Shown one piece after another: positions 6,257 to 14,059 of a stretch of 32,000 nucleotides of DNA. Under the pieces are notes generated by a model that was given only the letters and a program-made list of their open reading frames with translations, searched no databases and was not told the DNA's origin. A program made the position numbers and the translations under genes. Positions within the stretch are counted from its first letter, which is position 1; each line of letters begins with the position of its first letter. Source of the DNA: Candidatus Saccharimonas aalborgensis (lineage in GTDB: Bacteria > Patescibacteriota > Saccharimonadia > Saccharimonadales > Saccharimonadaceae); the NCBI RefSeq assembly GCF_000392435.1, contig NC_021219.1, positions 870,001-902,000 on the forward strand. Direction: 5' to 3'.

Positions 6257-6592
6257 TCAGCCATCGTATTTCAGGTGTACCCCTGCTTGGTCGGCAAGCT
6301 GAAAGATCCAGCGCTCCAAGCGTGCTTGCTGGTGTGCCTGGACTTTCGTCTCCTGGATGAGTGTTTCGATGCGAGACATGTGGGTATCGAGGATGCCATA
6401 GATTCGGTTTACATCTGATTTCAGTTCTGAGACATCTGATTTAAGCTCAGCTACATCTGATTTAAGCTCAGCTACATCTGATTTAAGCTCAGCAATATTG
6501 TCTTCAATTTTATCAAAGCGCTTATCGACGCTATCGGCAAATTGCGAGAGTGTCGAGAGGATTTCTTCGTTGGTAACCTGAGCTTTGACCAT
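6257..6592 (-). CDS. Coiled-coil protein with AELKSDV heptad tandem repeats, 111 aa
   Basis: Start chosen at MVKAQVTNEEIL... (ATG is rc of 6590-6592). The upstream part of track ORF 6257..6883 runs through a GC-rich hairpin element. The protein contains AELKSDV x3 plus SELKSDV. Composition is backbone-like. Confidence 0.6.
   Translation of the reverse strand: MVKAQVTNEEILSTLSQFADSVDKRFDKIEDNIAELKSDVAELKSDVAELKSDVSELKSDVNRIYGILDTHMSRIETLIQETKVQAHQQARLERWIFQLADQAGVHLKYDG
6411..6494. repeat. 21-bp tandem repeat, 4 units (first unit degenerate), in frame within the coiled-coil gene
   Basis: ACATCTGATTTAAGCTCAGCT at 6432-6452 and 6453-6473, and again at 6474-6494 with the last base changed to A. 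The unit at 6411-6431 is divergent. Confidence 0.85.
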
Positions 6593-6663
6593 GTACCCAT
6601 TGTAGCATGTCTCGTCATATGCGTGCTCGGTGTTAGGATTTTGCGGGTTAATTGCACTCACTA

Positions 6664-6741
6664 CGGAAAGGCCGCCCCGACGGGGTGGCCTGAGTGCTCT
6701 ACACGAACTGATGTCCGGAGCGGCCTTTCCGTGGGGGCGGC
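6664..6741. other. GC-rich multi-hairpin element with mutually exclusive pairings
   Basis: CGGAAAGGCCGC (6664-6675) pairs perfectly with GCGGCCTTTCCG (6720-6731). GCCGCCCC (6671-6678) also pairs with GGGGCGGC (6734-6741). A local hairpin GGCCGCCCC-GAC-GGGGTGGCC (6670-6690) competes for the same bases. Confidence 0.4.
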
Positions 6742-6758
6742 GTGATGAAGTGCCTCTA

Positions 6759-7016
6759 CTACGCGTATTTTTTGCGTAGCGTGGGCCGGTTGCGAAACGC
6801 CAGCTCTTTGTCGAGGTGATACAGCAGGGCGAGTTCCAGGACAAGGTTGCTGACGCAGTCGAGGTACTCAGCTTTGGGATCACCGTAGCCCTCCCTCATG
6901 AGCTGGCGGAGCTTGGTTTCGAGCCCCGACATAGCTAGCATCGCATTCGCCCTACGCTCTAGGAGCTCATCCATGCTAAGGGCGGCGAAGCCAGTGGTGG
7001 TGCGAGCGTCGGTCAT
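6759..7016 (-). CDS. Hypothetical protein, 85 aa, GC-rich segment 5
   Basis: Start at MTDARTTTGFAALSMDELLERR... (ATG is rc of 7014-7016), 6 nt after AAGGGAG. The upstream part of track ORF 6759..7094 would run through the promoter. Confidence 0.5.
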   Translation of the reverse strand: MTDARTTTGFAALSMDELLERRANAMLAMSGLETKLRQLMREGYGDPKAEYLDCVSNLVLELALLYHLDKELAFRNRPTLRKKYA

Positions 7017-7039
7017 ACCGACTCCCTTCTCATGTAACG

Positions 7040-7056
7040 GTCTCTCGACGAGAGAC
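7040..7056 (-). promoter_or_regulatory. 8-1-8 perfect palindrome (5'-UTR hairpin or operator) GTCTCTCG-A-CGAGAGAC
   Basis: Read directly. It lies between the -10 at 7066-7071 and the SD of the 85-aa ORF. Confidence 0.35.
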
Positions 7057-7065
7057 GCTAAGGTA

Positions 7066-7094
7066 ATTTTACAATAATAAGCGAAAAGTATCAA
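7066..7094 (-). promoter_or_regulatory. Promoter TTGATA-17-TAAAAT for the 85-aa ORF
   Basis: Minus strand: -35 is rc of 7089-7094 and abuts the stop codon of the upstream gene. A 17-nt spacer follows, then -10 as rc of 7066-7071. Confidence 0.45.
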
Positions 7095-7931
7095 TTACCT
7101 AAGGATAATACCGCTGAATGATGATCGGCGAGCGGCAGCTTTTCGCTGTGCTTTCTCGTGTTTTTCGGCTTGATGCCATGCCTCATCGAGGGCATGGGTG
7201 TCGAACGGTTCGTAGCCAAGAGAGGCAAATAACGCAGCCTGTTGCCGTAATGTGTGTAGCGTAGCACGATTTGACGTCGTATGACCGTACGTCCAATTAT
7301 AACCCATTGAAAAAGAGGCGGCATCGAGTATTGCCTGAATAGTACCTCGACCGATATGCGCCTGCCGTAGTGCTCCTAGCTCGACCCCGACGGCGAGCGT
7401 GTCTTTGACCTCAGGATCCCGGCTTGAGCGACCCCTCACTGGCACATCAAAGGTCAACCACGGAGACGAAAAGGGTTGTACGTAATGACGGCTTCGGGAT
7501 GGCTCGCGGTGATGCAGGACGAGATTTGTCGGTTCCCCTGTGATAACACCCGTGTAGTGAGCCGCTCGCTCGGCGGGCAGATCGATAGCGGGAGCGCCAG
7601 GCTGTATTTCGGTAAATGTAGCGATAAGTTTATCGGCTTCGGGTTGCCCGTAGAGTCGAATGATTTCGGGATCGAGATCGCGCAGTTCGGCGGCGACAGT
7701 AGCAATCTCGACTAGTGAAGCATTTCCCTCCTCGATGAGCTGAGTGAGTCGCGCGGCGGCCTGCGAAAACGCAGCGATACGAGCCTCTTTGGCCTCATCG
7801 CGGACTGCAGCAGCTTGGCGTTCTAGCTCAGATGCGTACGTATCAGTTGCGGCGATTCTATTCGTGGCGTCCAGAATAGCCTTAAGTTCCTCAGGCATCA
7901 CAGATGTTTGTAGTCGTTCTCGCGTTGACAT
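7095..7931 (-). CDS. Hypothetical protein, 278 aa; helical Ala/Glu-rich N-terminal half, possible GNAT-like C-terminal part
   Basis: GAGGAGGTG SD lies 4 nt before the ATG. The C-terminal stretch VGVELGALRQAHIGRGTIQAILDAA...RQQAALFASLGYEP resembles GNAT motif A (R/Q-x-x-G-x-G/A ... A-x-x-L-Y/F-x-x-x-G-F/Y). This is a by-eye resemblance only. Confidence 0.55.
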   Translation of the reverse strand: MSTRERLQTSVMPEELKAILDATNRIAATDTYASELERQAAAVRDEAKEARIAAFSQAAARLTQLIEEGNASLVEIATVAAELRDLDPEIIRLYGQPEADKLIATFTEIQPGAPAIDLPAERAAHYTGVITGEPTNLVLHHREPSRSRHYVQPFSSPWLTFDVPVRGRSSRDPEVKDTLAVGVELGALRQAHIGRGTIQAILDAASFSMGYNWTYGHTTSNRATLHTLRQQAALFASLGYEPFDTHALDEAWHQAEKHEKAQRKAAARRSSFSGIILR

Positions 7932-7980
7932 TTGTCACCTCCTCTTGGTAGTAGCTTACCTTAATGATAGCAGACTGATA

Positions 7981-9579
7981 TTAGACGGTGTCTGATTTGC
8001 GGATATACTCTGCGATGAGGTCCATGATCTCTTGCTGGGTGATAGGCGGCATACTAATGGCAGCCACCTCTTCACCAGTGATTTCGGCGCGCTTGGTAGC
8101 CGCGACATACTCGCGGAGGCGACGGCGACGTAGCTCCTGGAGTATTTCATCGAAGTCGGCACCGACGAGTCCATAACTACTTGCCGCCAGTTCAGGCACA
8201 TTGATGGAATGATCAAAATCGAGCGTCGGTAACCCTGGGTTAAGCTCGCGATTATTGACAGCATCCGCGGCAAGTTTGCCTAGCATAAGTGCCAGAATGC
8301 GACTGCGGTCATACTCGCTTGGGAGACCAATCTCAATTTTCTCAAACCGACCGGTACGGAAGAGCGCCTTATCGACTTTATCCTCGTGATTTGTCGCCGC
8401 CACGACAATAATATTGTGATGGTTTGCAAGGAGGTCGAGAATATGTGACTTTAGGCGGTTGACTGTATCGGCGCGCTCTCCGTGAATACGTGAAGCATCT
8501 GCGCCAAGACTATCAACTTCGTCCATGAAAAGAACGATTTTTGCACCATCAACCTCTGCTTTTTTCTTGATCTCAGCGATCTTCTCGTCGAGGTTTCGAG
8601 CTGATTTGCCAACCCACATCTCAATGATCTCAGAAACATGAAATTGTATGAATTCGGCATCAATTTCGTGCGAAAACGCTTCGGCGAGGGTAGTTTTGCC
8701 TGTCCCGGGAGGTCCGTACAGAAAGATACCTTGCCCTTTCTTGAGCCCGATATTTTTTGCAATTGTGGGGTATTCGCTGAGTAATGCGAGGTCGAGTAAT
8801 TTTCGCTTGGCGATCTCGTAGCCGGCAATATCATCAAAGGAAAGCGGTTTTTCGGTCCGCAGTTCCTGCTCGGGGACTGCGATAAGTGGTTCTGGCGGAA
8901 TAATCGTGCAGTAGAGCTTTTTGGTGTAATCGGCACTGTACATCCCTACGGCGTTGTCGCGGACATGTGCCCAGATTTGCATGAAGCGCTTGACATCATC
9001 TAAGCGTTCTTCGGGCGTATCCTCGATAAAGAATATTGATTCAATTTCTTCTGCAGATGGCTCAACACCGATCTCCGCAAGGTAATCTGAATACGATAAC
9101 GTCGAGAGTGTCGCACCCTGGTATTTGGTTGTTTGGTTGCTTGTACGGGTTTTCATCTGCTCATAAAGATCAATCCGTACATAGCGATTTGGTGAAAGCT
9201 CTGCATACCTGGTTGAGCGGCTTCTGGGGTGTTGGATAGTTTGGCACCCTAAACCGGCGTAGAGGTACTGGTCGAGTACGCGGACAAATTTATCAATCCA
9301 AGCTGGTCCCTTCAATTCATCCCTATCAACATCAAAATAAATTCGGCCATTGATCTGAAAATCCGAATCAGGAGACTCGGTCGTGCATTCAATTTGCGCA
9401 CCCCTCACTGGACTATCTATCTCGACGTTCCCGTGGCGAAAGAGCGTGTGCGAGATTTCCCTCGGCGTTCGCGTACACATGACGAGGTAGTCTTCATCCG
9501 GGCGCATCACCATTTCTGTGAAGCGAGATGAGAACCGAGTACCTCTTTCGGCTGCCGAATCTCTACGTTGCTCTGCCAT
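7981..9579 (-). CDS. Classical-clade AAA+ ATPase with a ~270-aa N-terminal region of unknown function
   Basis: Walker A is GPPGTGKT and Walker B is IVLFMDEVD. The second region of homology is ATNHEDKVDKALFRTGRFEKIEIGLP. Start is taken at MAEQRRDS (ATG is rc of 9577-9579), preceded by TAGTAT 8 nt upstream. The track start at 9615 is an alternative. Confidence 0.85.
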   Translation of the reverse strand: MAEQRRDSAAERGTRFSSRFTEMVMRPDEDYLVMCTRTPREISHTLFRHGNVEIDSPVRGAQIECTTESPDSDFQINGRIYFDVDRDELKGPAWIDKFVRVLDQYLYAGLGCQTIQHPRSRSTRYAELSPNRYVRIDLYEQMKTRTSNQTTKYQGATLSTLSYSDYLAEIGVEPSAEEIESIFFIEDTPEERLDDVKRFMQIWAHVRDNAVGMYSADYTKKLYCTIIPPEPLIAVPEQELRTEKPLSFDDIAGYEIAKRKLLDLALLSEYPTIAKNIGLKKGQGIFLYGPPGTGKTTLAEAFSHEIDAEFIQFHVSEIIEMWVGKSARNLDEKIAEIKKKAEVDGAKIVLFMDEVDSLGADASRIHGERADTVNRLKSHILDLLANHHNIIVVAATNHEDKVDKALFRTGRFEKIEIGLPSEYDRSRILALMLGKLAADAVNNRELNPGLPTLDFDHSINVPELAASSYGLVGADFDEILQELRRRRLREYVAATKRAEITGEEVAAISMPPITQQEIMDLIAEYIRKSDTV

Positions 9580-9634
9580 TTGTCCACATACTAACAGATA
9601 TATGAGGCAGCGCAAGCATAGGCGTAACGAAGGG

Positions 9635-9907
9635 CTACGAAATCAGATTTTTTGCTTTGAGGGTTTCGTCGATGCGCTTACGATCAAAGCCGGTGATGAT
9701 GACGCCGTCGATATCGGTAACGGGAACACCACTGTAGGAGCCGCCGTTTTTGGCCATCAACTCGTCCATCGCTGCCGGGTCTTCCTCAACATCCTTTGAG
9801 ACATAGCTGACACCAAGGTGATCGAGGTATTGTTTTTCGGTTTTGCAAAACGCGCACCAAGGGGTGCTGTACACGATTACTGAGGCATCGGTAGGTTGCT
9901 GTGACAT
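9635..9907 (-). CDS. Glutaredoxin-like / NrdH-like small redox protein
   Basis: 90 aa. VIVYSTPWCAFCKTEKQYL (CxxC) and ...VPVTDIDGVIITGFD indicate a thioredoxin-fold glutaredoxin pattern. SD is GGGGGAG. Confidence 0.8.
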   Translation of the reverse strand: MSQQPTDASVIVYSTPWCAFCKTEKQYLDHLGVSYVSKDVEEDPAAMDELMAKNGGSYSGVPVTDIDGVIITGFDRKRIDETLKAKNLIS

Positions 9908-10000
9908 GTCTATTTTCTCCCCCTCTATATGGTGTTCAGTATAACAAATTCAACACTAGAGAGCAACATTTTTGTGCTGGTCACATCCGCATACCACTCA

Positions 10001-10009
10001 TGCTATACT
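10001..10009 (+). promoter_or_regulatory. Extended -10 TGCTATACT placed 6 nt before the ATG at 10016 (leaderless geometry)
   Basis: Same 9-mer and same spacing as upstream of pyrH. Confidence 0.4.
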
Positions 10010-10015
10010 GGAATT

Positions 10016-11926
10016 ATGTCAAGACATATGAACCGCGAGCAAGGCTTTGCGTTGCCAACCGTCGTGATTGTATCGGTCGTTCTTTTTGTGGTAATGCTGG
10101 CGGCGATTTCGTCTGTATCGAGTATTCGTGGCGCACTGTTGGCGCAGTATTATCAGCAACTCGCTCGTGAGGCGGCGGAATCCGGAGCTGAGTTTGCTGC
10201 AAATTGCCTCGATGCTAACTCAAATATCGTGACATGGACCGTAGCAAAACCTCTCAAACCAAATACAGACTGCACCGGAACAGAAGTTGTTGCTTGTACC
10301 TCCATGCCCCATCCTGCAGGGTGCGATGTCAATAGTAGCACAAATATGTATTCAACTTTTTCGGTTGCACCTCCATCGTCAGCGAATCTATTTGACTATA
10401 TTGTCACTGTTACCGCTACGGTAAATCTTGTCAGATCTGGTACGACAACGGTATGGAATAATTATTCGATAGCGATGCGCTACGATCCGGTAAAAAAAAG
10501 TCAGCCCGCATTTCCTAGTGTTCCAACTTTTGGTTCCTCAGGCGTAATATCGGCTTTTAGCGATGGTTACCTCTGGGGCTGGGGGTGTAACGGGTCAAGC
10601 CAGTTTGGTGATGGCACAACGACAAACAAATTGATACCGGGGAGGCTTATCGCCATGAGCGATGTCGTAGACATTGTTTCTGCTGCTATTAACTCGACAT
10701 CGGGCACAGTAACCGCTCTCAAATCTAATGGCTCAGTCTGGGCATGGGGCTACAATGCCGATGGGCAGATCGGCAACGGTACCACTACGACACAATCAAC
10801 TCCGACTCAAGTTATTTCAAGTGGAGTTGTCAAGATATACCCTGTCAAAAGTGCGTCGGGTGTTGTGCACGAAACGGTGTATGCTCTCAAATCTGACGGT
10901 TCGCTATGGGCATGGGGGTATAACGGAAGTGGTCAGGTTGGCAACAATTCCACCACCAATCAGCTCACGCCTGTGCAGATCATCGCTAGCGGGGTAAGCA
11001 AAGTGTATGCGACAGGATATAATGTCTATGTCATCAAATCTGACGGTTCTCTGTGGGCATGGGGAAGTGGGACCAATGGACCGGTTGGCAACAATTCCAC
11101 CACCAATCAGCTCACGCCTGTGCAGATCATCGCTAGCGGGGTAAGCAGCGTCATCACTACATGGTTTGGGGCATACGCAATCAAATCTGACGGTTCGCTA
11201 TGGGCATGGGGGTATAACGGTGCCGGTCAGGTTGGTAACAATTCCACCACCAATCGACTTACACCCGTACAAGTTATAGCCAGTGGGGTATCACAGATGA
11301 TCGCGAGCGCTTCATCTCCCTACCCGGCTCGACTTGTTATCAAAACTGACGGCTCACTCTGGGCATGGGGAAGTAATACATACGGTCAGGTCGGCAACAA
11401 CTCTACCACCAATCAGCTCACTCCCGTACAGATCATGGCGAGCGGAGTGGTTAAAGCATCGGCAAATGACCTGACCACGTTTGCAATCAAATCTGACGGT
11501 TCGCTATGGGCATGGGGGTATAACACAACGTATGGGACGGTCGGCAACAACTCTACCACCAATCGGCTCACTCCCGTACAGATCATGGCGAGCGGAGTGA
11601 CTGCCGCAGGGGCAGATTCCTATAGCGCATACGCTCTCAAATCTGACGGCTCACTCTGGATATGGGGAAATAATAGCAATGGTGTAGTCGGTAATGGCAC
11701 ATTGACAACCCAACTCGTTCCGTATCAGGCAATCAGTAGTGGCGTTACTCAAGTTAATTTTTCGTCGACACTCGTGTATGCCCTAAAATCAGATGGAACT
11801 GCATGGGCGATTAGCAATAATAACACAGCGTGTAATTTGAATGGCACCAATCCTTCCACCTATAATCCGAGAATTCCAGTACAAATTGCGATTCCTCCGA
11901 TCATAATAAAAAGCCGTGCGTATTAA
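10016..11926 (+). CDS. PilX-like (pseudopilin-type) N-terminal anchor fused to an RCC1-repeat beta-propeller protein
   Basis: MSRHMNREQGFALPTVVIVSVVLFVVMLAAISSV is a PilX-type hydrophobic N-terminus. About 9-10 repeats of the form SDGSLWAWGYNGxGQVGNNSTTNQLTPVQI follow (RCC1/ATS1-type WGxNxxGQLG pattern). Start is taken at 10016 rather than the track's 9929. Confidence 0.8.
   Translation: MSRHMNREQGFALPTVVIVSVVLFVVMLAAISSVSSIRGALLAQYYQQLAREAAESGAEFAANCLDANSNIVTWTVAKPLKPNTDCTGTEVVACTSMPHPAGCDVNSSTNMYSTFSVAPPSSANLFDYIVTVTATVNLVRSGTTTVWNNYSIAMRYDPVKKSQPAFPSVPTFGSSGVISAFSDGYLWGWGCNGSSQFGDGTTTNKLIPGRLIAMSDVVDIVSAAINSTSGTVTALKSNGSVWAWGYNADGQIGNGTTTTQSTPTQVISSGVVKIYPVKSASGVVHETVYALKSDGSLWAWGYNGSGQVGNNSTTNQLTPVQIIASGVSKVYATGYNVYVIKSDGSLWAWGSGTNGPVGNNSTTNQLTPVQIIASGVSSVITTWFGAYAIKSDGSLWAWGYNGAGQVGNNSTTNRLTPVQVIASGVSQMIASASSPYPARLVIKTDGSLWAWGSNTYGQVGNNSTTNQLTPVQIMASGVVKASANDLTTFAIKSDGSLWAWGYNTTYGTVGNNSTTNRLTPVQIMASGVTAAGADSYSAYALKSDGSLWIWGNNSNGVVGNGTLTTQLVPYQAISSGVTQVNFSSTLVYALKSDGTAWAISNNNTACNLNGTNPSTYNPRIPVQIAIPPIIIKSRAY
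10936..11147 (+). repeat. Intragenic near-identical DNA repeats within the RCC1 gene
   Basis: A 65-bp stretch GGTTGGCAACAATTCCACCACCAATCAGCTCACGCCTGTGCAGATCATCGCTAGCGGGGTAAGCA is identical at 10936-11000 and 11083-11147. Several further ~35-bp identical blocks (AATCTGACGGTTCGCTATGGGCATGGGGGTATAAC) also occur. Confidence 0.85.
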
Positions 11927-11931
11927 TACGA

Positions 11932-12147
11932 TTATTTGGATGTCAGATACCACCCACCGTCATGAGGTGATTGGTAGACTCGGAGCAAGACAGTAGGCTC
12001 GTACAGTATCCGTTGACACATGGCTGCTTCGGCTGCTTTTTTTGTTGGGTAGCGTATTTTTGTCCGCTCTTTTACTGGCAGCTTACGGAGGATGTGCTTG
12101 GGGGTACGATTACGACGCGGCATGTTGTAAATAGTATAGCGCATCAC
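11932..12147 (-). CDS. Small basic hypothetical protein (63-71 aa)
   Basis: ORF only. C-terminus is ...YQSPHDGGWYLTSK. The start is uncertain: 12147/12144, or M9 at 12123, which lies 9 nt after a TATACT box. Confidence 0.4.
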   Translation of the reverse strand: MMRYTIYNMPRRNRTPKHILRKLPVKERTKIRYPTKKAAEAAMCQRILYEPTVLLRVYQSPHDGGWYLTSK

Positions 12148-12189
12148 CTCTTACATTTTGTGAGCAACAGTGGTATAATCAAACCATAC

Positions 12190-12450
12190 ATGGGTAAGCT
12201 ACCTGCTGCGAGTAATAGCTCTAACACAAAGGGCGTATCGGTAAACCGGTCCGCTTCTCTTGTGATGATCGCAACGATGGCGGATACAACGTGGCGTATG
12301 TTTGTCCCGACAGTTGGCTTGATTGTAGCAGGAGACGCGCTCGATGGGCGCTTCACGACCCGACCTTGGCTCATGTTGACTGGTGCACTGATCGGCTCAC
12401 TGCTCGCTGCCCTCCTCATAAAACGCCAACTTCAGAGAGGAAAGGCATGA
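12190..12450 (+). CDS. AtpZ/AtpI-like small membrane protein preceding the ATP synthase genes
   Basis: MGKLPAASN...MADTTWRMFVPTVGLIVAGDALDGRFTTRPWLMLTGALIGSLLAALLIKRQL has two TM helices with the G-x-x-LD and PW pattern of ATPase_gene1-type proteins. The stop overlaps the atpB start (ATGA). TGGTATAAT lies 10 nt upstream. Confidence 0.6.
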   Translation: MGKLPAASNSSNTKGVSVNRSASLVMIATMADTTWRMFVPTVGLIVAGDALDGRFTTRPWLMLTGALIGSLLAALLIKRQLQRGKA

Positions 12451-13250
12451 TAATGAGTGGATTTGCTTCTGCTGCGGTAGCAACTGAACATATCACGAGT
12501 TTGTTTGGACTGCCTATCACCAATTCTATGCTGCTTGGCGCGGTCGGTATTATCATTATGTTGAGTGTCCTCGGATCAACAGCATATGCACTCAAAAAAG
12601 GTCGTCACAATCACTTTATTGGTCTCGTGTCATGGGCGGTTGAAGGCATGTATGGCACTGTGCTCGATATCGTACCTGATCGCAAAGTTGCTCGGCAGAT
12701 AGCACCGCTTGCCCTCACTATCTTTTTCACCGTACTTGTCACCTACTGGTGTGGCGTGTTGCCGGGTGTTGGTTCGATCACTATCGATGGCAAGGAACTG
12801 TTCCGCGGCTTGCCGACTGATCTCAATTTTACTTTTGCGATCGCCCTCATCACGATGGTGACGGTACAGTGGTACGCTATCAAGGCGCACGGGATTTTTG
12901 GTAATGCTGGTCGCTATCTTGTCAATCCGCTCAAAAATCCGATCGGGGCCTTTGAGGGGCTACTTGAGCTTGTTGGTGAGTTTAGCCGACTTGTAGCGCT
13001 CAGCCTGCGTCTCTTTGGCAACGCTTTTGCGGGCGAAGTATTGCTGGTGATCGTAGCATCACTTTCGGGCTGGTTTGCGGGCCTGAGCTTGCCACTCGTC
13101 ATGATCTTTGAGTTATTCATCGGCTTTATTCAGGCCTACGTATTCTTTATGTTGACACTTATCTTTACGTCCCTGGCTATTTCTAGCCACGGTGACTCTC
13201 ACCCCGAACACTCGCCCGCTCACCCTAAGGGAGCGCAGAGTGAAGCATAA
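12447..13250 (+). CDS. atpB: F0 ATP synthase subunit a
   Basis: Start at MIMSGFAS... Contains LSLRLFGNAFAGE (conserved Arg helix) and operon context. Confidence 0.9.
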   Translation: MIMSGFASAAVATEHITSLFGLPITNSMLLGAVGIIIMLSVLGSTAYALKKGRHNHFIGLVSWAVEGMYGTVLDIVPDRKVARQIAPLALTIFFTVLVTYWCGVLPGVGSITIDGKELFRGLPTDLNFTFAIALITMVTVQWYAIKAHGIFGNAGRYLVNPLKNPIGAFEGLLELVGEFSRLVALSLRLFGNAFAGEVLLVIVASLSGWFAGLSLPLVMIFELFIGFIQAYVFFMLTLIFTSLAISSHGDSHPEHSPAHPKGAQSEA

Positions 13251-13295
13251 TAGTACGTTAGTAACAAATTAATAGTAAGGAGAAATATAACAATT

Positions 13296-13505
13296 ATGGA
13301 ACCACTCGCATTTGGTCTGACCTACGCACTACCTGCATTTGGTGCAGCAATCGGCGTTGGCTTGATTGGCGCTGGTGCTCTCAATGCACTTGGCCGCAAT
13401 CCAGAGAAACTAAGCGATATTCGTACGTTGATGATCACCGCTATCGTCTTCGCTGACTCACTGGCCATCATCGGTATCATTGTCGCCTACATGGCAAAGG
13501 GATAA
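13296..13505 (+). CDS. atpE: F0 ATP synthase subunit c
   Basis: 69-aa two-helix hairpin: GLIGAGALNALGRNPE loop and FADSLAIIGIIVA (carboxylate helix). Confidence 0.9.
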   Translation: MEPLAFGLTYALPAFGAAIGVGLIGAGALNALGRNPEKLSDIRTLMITAIVFADSLAIIGIIVAYMAKG

Positions 13506-13514
13506 GTTTTTTCT

Positions 13515-14057
13515 ATGGATCTTGCTGTACTCACCCATTTTGCGACCGAGGAAGCGGCCTCAAGCGGTATTCTCGGAACACTTGGTATTGATGTCAAGTT
13601 GTTGGTATTTCAGCTGATCGCATTTGTGCTCCTCATCCTTATTCTGAATAAATGGATATTTCCAGTATTCTTCAAGATCATCGACAAGCGTCAAGCGGTG
13701 ATCGAGGAGAGCAACAGAGCAGCGGTTGAGGCGAGCAAACAAGCAGAAAAATCGCAAGCCGAGATAGAAAAAATGCTCAAACAAGCACGTGTTGAAGCAA
13801 AAGATATCGTGGCAACCGCAAAAGATGAAGCAACAGAGATGATGCGTCAGGCTGAGGAAAAGTCCAAGGCAGAGGCACAGCATATCGTTGCGGTGGCACA
13901 TGAATCGCTCGCCAAAGACGTATTGGCAGCCAAAAAAGCACTTCATAATGAGACGGTTGAACTGGTAGCGCTTGCGACCGAAAAAGTTGTGGGCAAAACA
14001 GTCACAAAGTCAGTCGACATGACGCTTATCAAAGACGCACTGAAAGAGGTGCAGTAA
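13515..14057 (+). CDS. atpF: F0 ATP synthase subunit b
   Basis: 180 aa. One N-terminal TM helix followed by a long charged helix (KRQAVIEESNRAAVEASKQAEKSQAEIEKMLKQARVEAKD). Operon position fits. Confidence 0.85.
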   Translation: MDLAVLTHFATEEAASSGILGTLGIDVKLLVFQLIAFVLLILILNKWIFPVFFKIIDKRQAVIEESNRAAVEASKQAEKSQAEIEKMLKQARVEAKDIVATAKDEATEMMRQAEEKSKAEAQHIVAVAHESLAKDVLAAKKALHNETVELVALATEKVVGKTVTKSVDMTLIKDALKEVQ

Positions 14058-14059
14058 CT

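Noticed and set aside
6593-6883. N-terminal extension of ORF 6257..6883 (208 aa)
   Set aside because: The extension crosses the GC-rich hairpin element and the 3' end of the 85-aa gene in another frame. The internal start MVKAQ gives a compositionally uniform coiled-coil protein.
9929-10015. Upstream start at 9929 for the RCC1 protein
   Set aside because: It would add 29 residues that overlap the divergent promoter region. The ATG at 10016 sits 6 nt after a TGCTATACT box and gives a proper PilX-like N-terminus.
6411-11600. Possibility that the tandem and dispersed repeats are CRISPR arrays
   Set aside because: The 21-bp units are contiguous with no spacers and are in frame within a gene. 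The RCC1 repeats are protein-coding blades. No cas genes are present.
12291-12446. Upstream extension of atpB (track start at 12291)
   Set aside because: It overlaps the atpZ-like gene in another frame. MIMSGFAS at 12447 overlaps the upstream stop (ATGA), as is usual for coupled genes.
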